Positions 62,501 to 64,000 of a DNA stretch of 64,000 bases are shown here, in pieces. Under the pieces are notes generated by a model. The model saw only the letters and a program-made list of their open reading frames with translations, was not told the origin of the DNA and ran no database searches. Every line of letters starts with the position of its first letter. Position 1 is the first letter of the stretch. This stretch comes from Macrostomum lignano. Taxonomy: Eukaryota. The translations under genes and the position numbers were made by a program. Location: positions 1 to 64,000 of the forward strand of contig NIVC01000700.1 of assembly GCA_002269645.1 (NCBI GenBank), given 5' to 3'.

Positions 62501-64000
62501 GGGGAAGTGCCGGAGGGGAAGTGCGGAGGGGAAGTGCGGGAGGAAGTGCGGGAGAGAAAGTGCGGGAGAGAAAGTGCGGGAGGGGAAGTGCCGGACGGGG
62601 AAGTACGGGAGGGATGTGCTGAGGGGAAGTGCGGGAGGGGAAGTGCGGGAGGGGAAGTGCGGAGGGGAAGTGCGGAGGGGAAGTGCGGGAGGGAAAGTGC
62701 GGGAGGAGAAGTGCGTGAGGGGAAGTGCGGGAGAAGTGCGGGAGCGGAAGTGCGGGAGAAGTGCGGGAGGGGAAGTGCGGGAGGAGAAGTGAGGGAGGGG
62801 AAGTGCCGGAGGGGAAGTGCAGGAGAGAAAGTGCGGAAGGGGAAGTGCGGAGGGGAAGTGCGTGAGGGGAAGTGCCGGACGGGGAAGTACGGGAGAATTG
62901 CCGGAGGTGAAGTGCGGAGGGGAAGTGCGGGAGAGGAAGTGCGGGAGGGAAAGTGCGGGAGGAGAAGTGCGTGAGGGGAAGTGCGGGAGAAGTGCGGGAG
63001 CGGAAGTGCGGGAGGGGAAGTGAGGGAGGGGAAGTGCCGGAGGGGAAGTGCAGGAGAGAAAGTGCGGGAGGGGAAGTGCGGAGGGGAAGTGCGGGAGGGG
63101 AAGTGCGGGAGAAGAAGTGCGGAGGGGAAGTGCGGGAGGGGAAGTGCGGGAGGGGAAGTGCGGAGGGGAAGTGCGGAGGGGAAGTGCGGGAGGGAAAGTG
63201 CGGGAGGAGAAGTGCGTGAGGGGAAGTGCGGGAGAAGTGCGGGAGCGGAAGTGCGGGAGAAGTGCGGGAGGGGAAGTGCGGGAGGAGAAGTGACGGAGGG
63301 GAAGTGCCGAAGGGGAAGTGCCGGAGGGGAAGTGCAGGAGAGAAAGTGCGGGAGGGGAAGTGCGGAGGGGAAGTGCGGGAGGGGAAGTGCGGGAGGGGAA
63401 GTGCGGAGGGGAAGTGCGGAGGGGAAGTGCGGGAGGGAAAGTGCGGGAGGAGAAGTGCGTGAGGGAAGTGCGGAGAAGTGCGGGAGCGGAAGTGCGGGAG
63501 AAGTGCGGGAGGGGAAGTGCGGGAGGAGAAGTGACGGAGGGGAAGTGCCGGAGGGGAAGTGCAGGAGAGAAATTGCGGGAGGGGAAGTGCCGGACGGGGA
63601 AGTGCGGAGGGGAAGTGCGGAGAGAAGTGCGGGAGGGGAAGTGCGGAGGGGAAATGCGGAGGAAGTGCGGGAGGAGAAATGCGGAGGGGAAGTGCGGGAG
63701 GAGAAATGCGGAGAGAAAGTGCGGGAGGGGAAGTGCTGGAGGGGAAGTGCGGAGGGGAAGTGCGGAGGGAAATGTGCGGGAGGGGAAGTGCGGAGGGGAA
63801 GTGCGGAGGGGAAGTGCAGGAGAGAAAGTGCGGAGGGGAAGTGCGGAGGGGAAGTGCGGGAGGGGAAGTGCCGGACGGGGAAGTACGGGAGAATTGCCGG
63901 AGGGGAAGTGCGGCTTGGAAGTGCGGGAGAGGAAGTGCGGGAGAAGTGCGGGAGGGGAAGTGCCGGAGGGGAAGTGCGGGAGTGGAAGTGCGGGAGGAGA
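59582..64000. repeat. G/purine-rich 11-15-bp satellite (GGGAGGGGAAGTGC and variants), running off the window end
   Basis: Read directly; recurring rarer variants (CCGGACGGGGAAGTACGGGAGAATTGCC) show higher-order duplication. Confidence 0.97.

Noticed and set aside
59590-63462. Many Gly/Arg/Glu-rich ORFs
   Set aside because: Artefacts of a satellite with almost no stop codons on the G-rich strand.

Overview
Eukaryotic, intron-containing animal genomic DNA. GC-rich exons sit in AT-rich spacers among many unrelated minisatellites, a style reminiscent of a macrostomid flatworm (inference only). Host genes: (i) a two-exon type I membrane protein with fibronectin type II (FN2) modules and an overlapping PTAP/PPxY tail (13011-16205, +); (ii) a complete six-exon EHD1/Past1/RME-1 gene (32841-38675, -); (iii) a strongly divergent spliced ETS-domain gene (41583 to about 42762, -); (iv) two paralogous intronless orphan ORFs (45813-47274 frameshifted, 56476-57918 intact, -) with an MGxxxSK start, coiled coils and a Cys/His cluster. 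Each orphan ORF is followed by a 50-bp tandem array made from its own last codons. Mobile DNA: a decayed CxxH-type DDE transposase with a Tudor-like tail (1-3037); a 5'-truncated APE-RT LINE enclosed by long inverted repeats with a 6-bp TSD (5509-8779); a decayed Ty3/Gypsy element (about 49.8-52.2 kb); a non-autonomous hAT element with an 8-bp TSD whose empty site is visible in the paralogous copy (53652-54946); and small retroelement relics. About twenty tandem arrays cover a large part of the window, and most long ORFs in the ORF track are artefacts of them. No CRISPR array, rRNA or tRNA was recognised.
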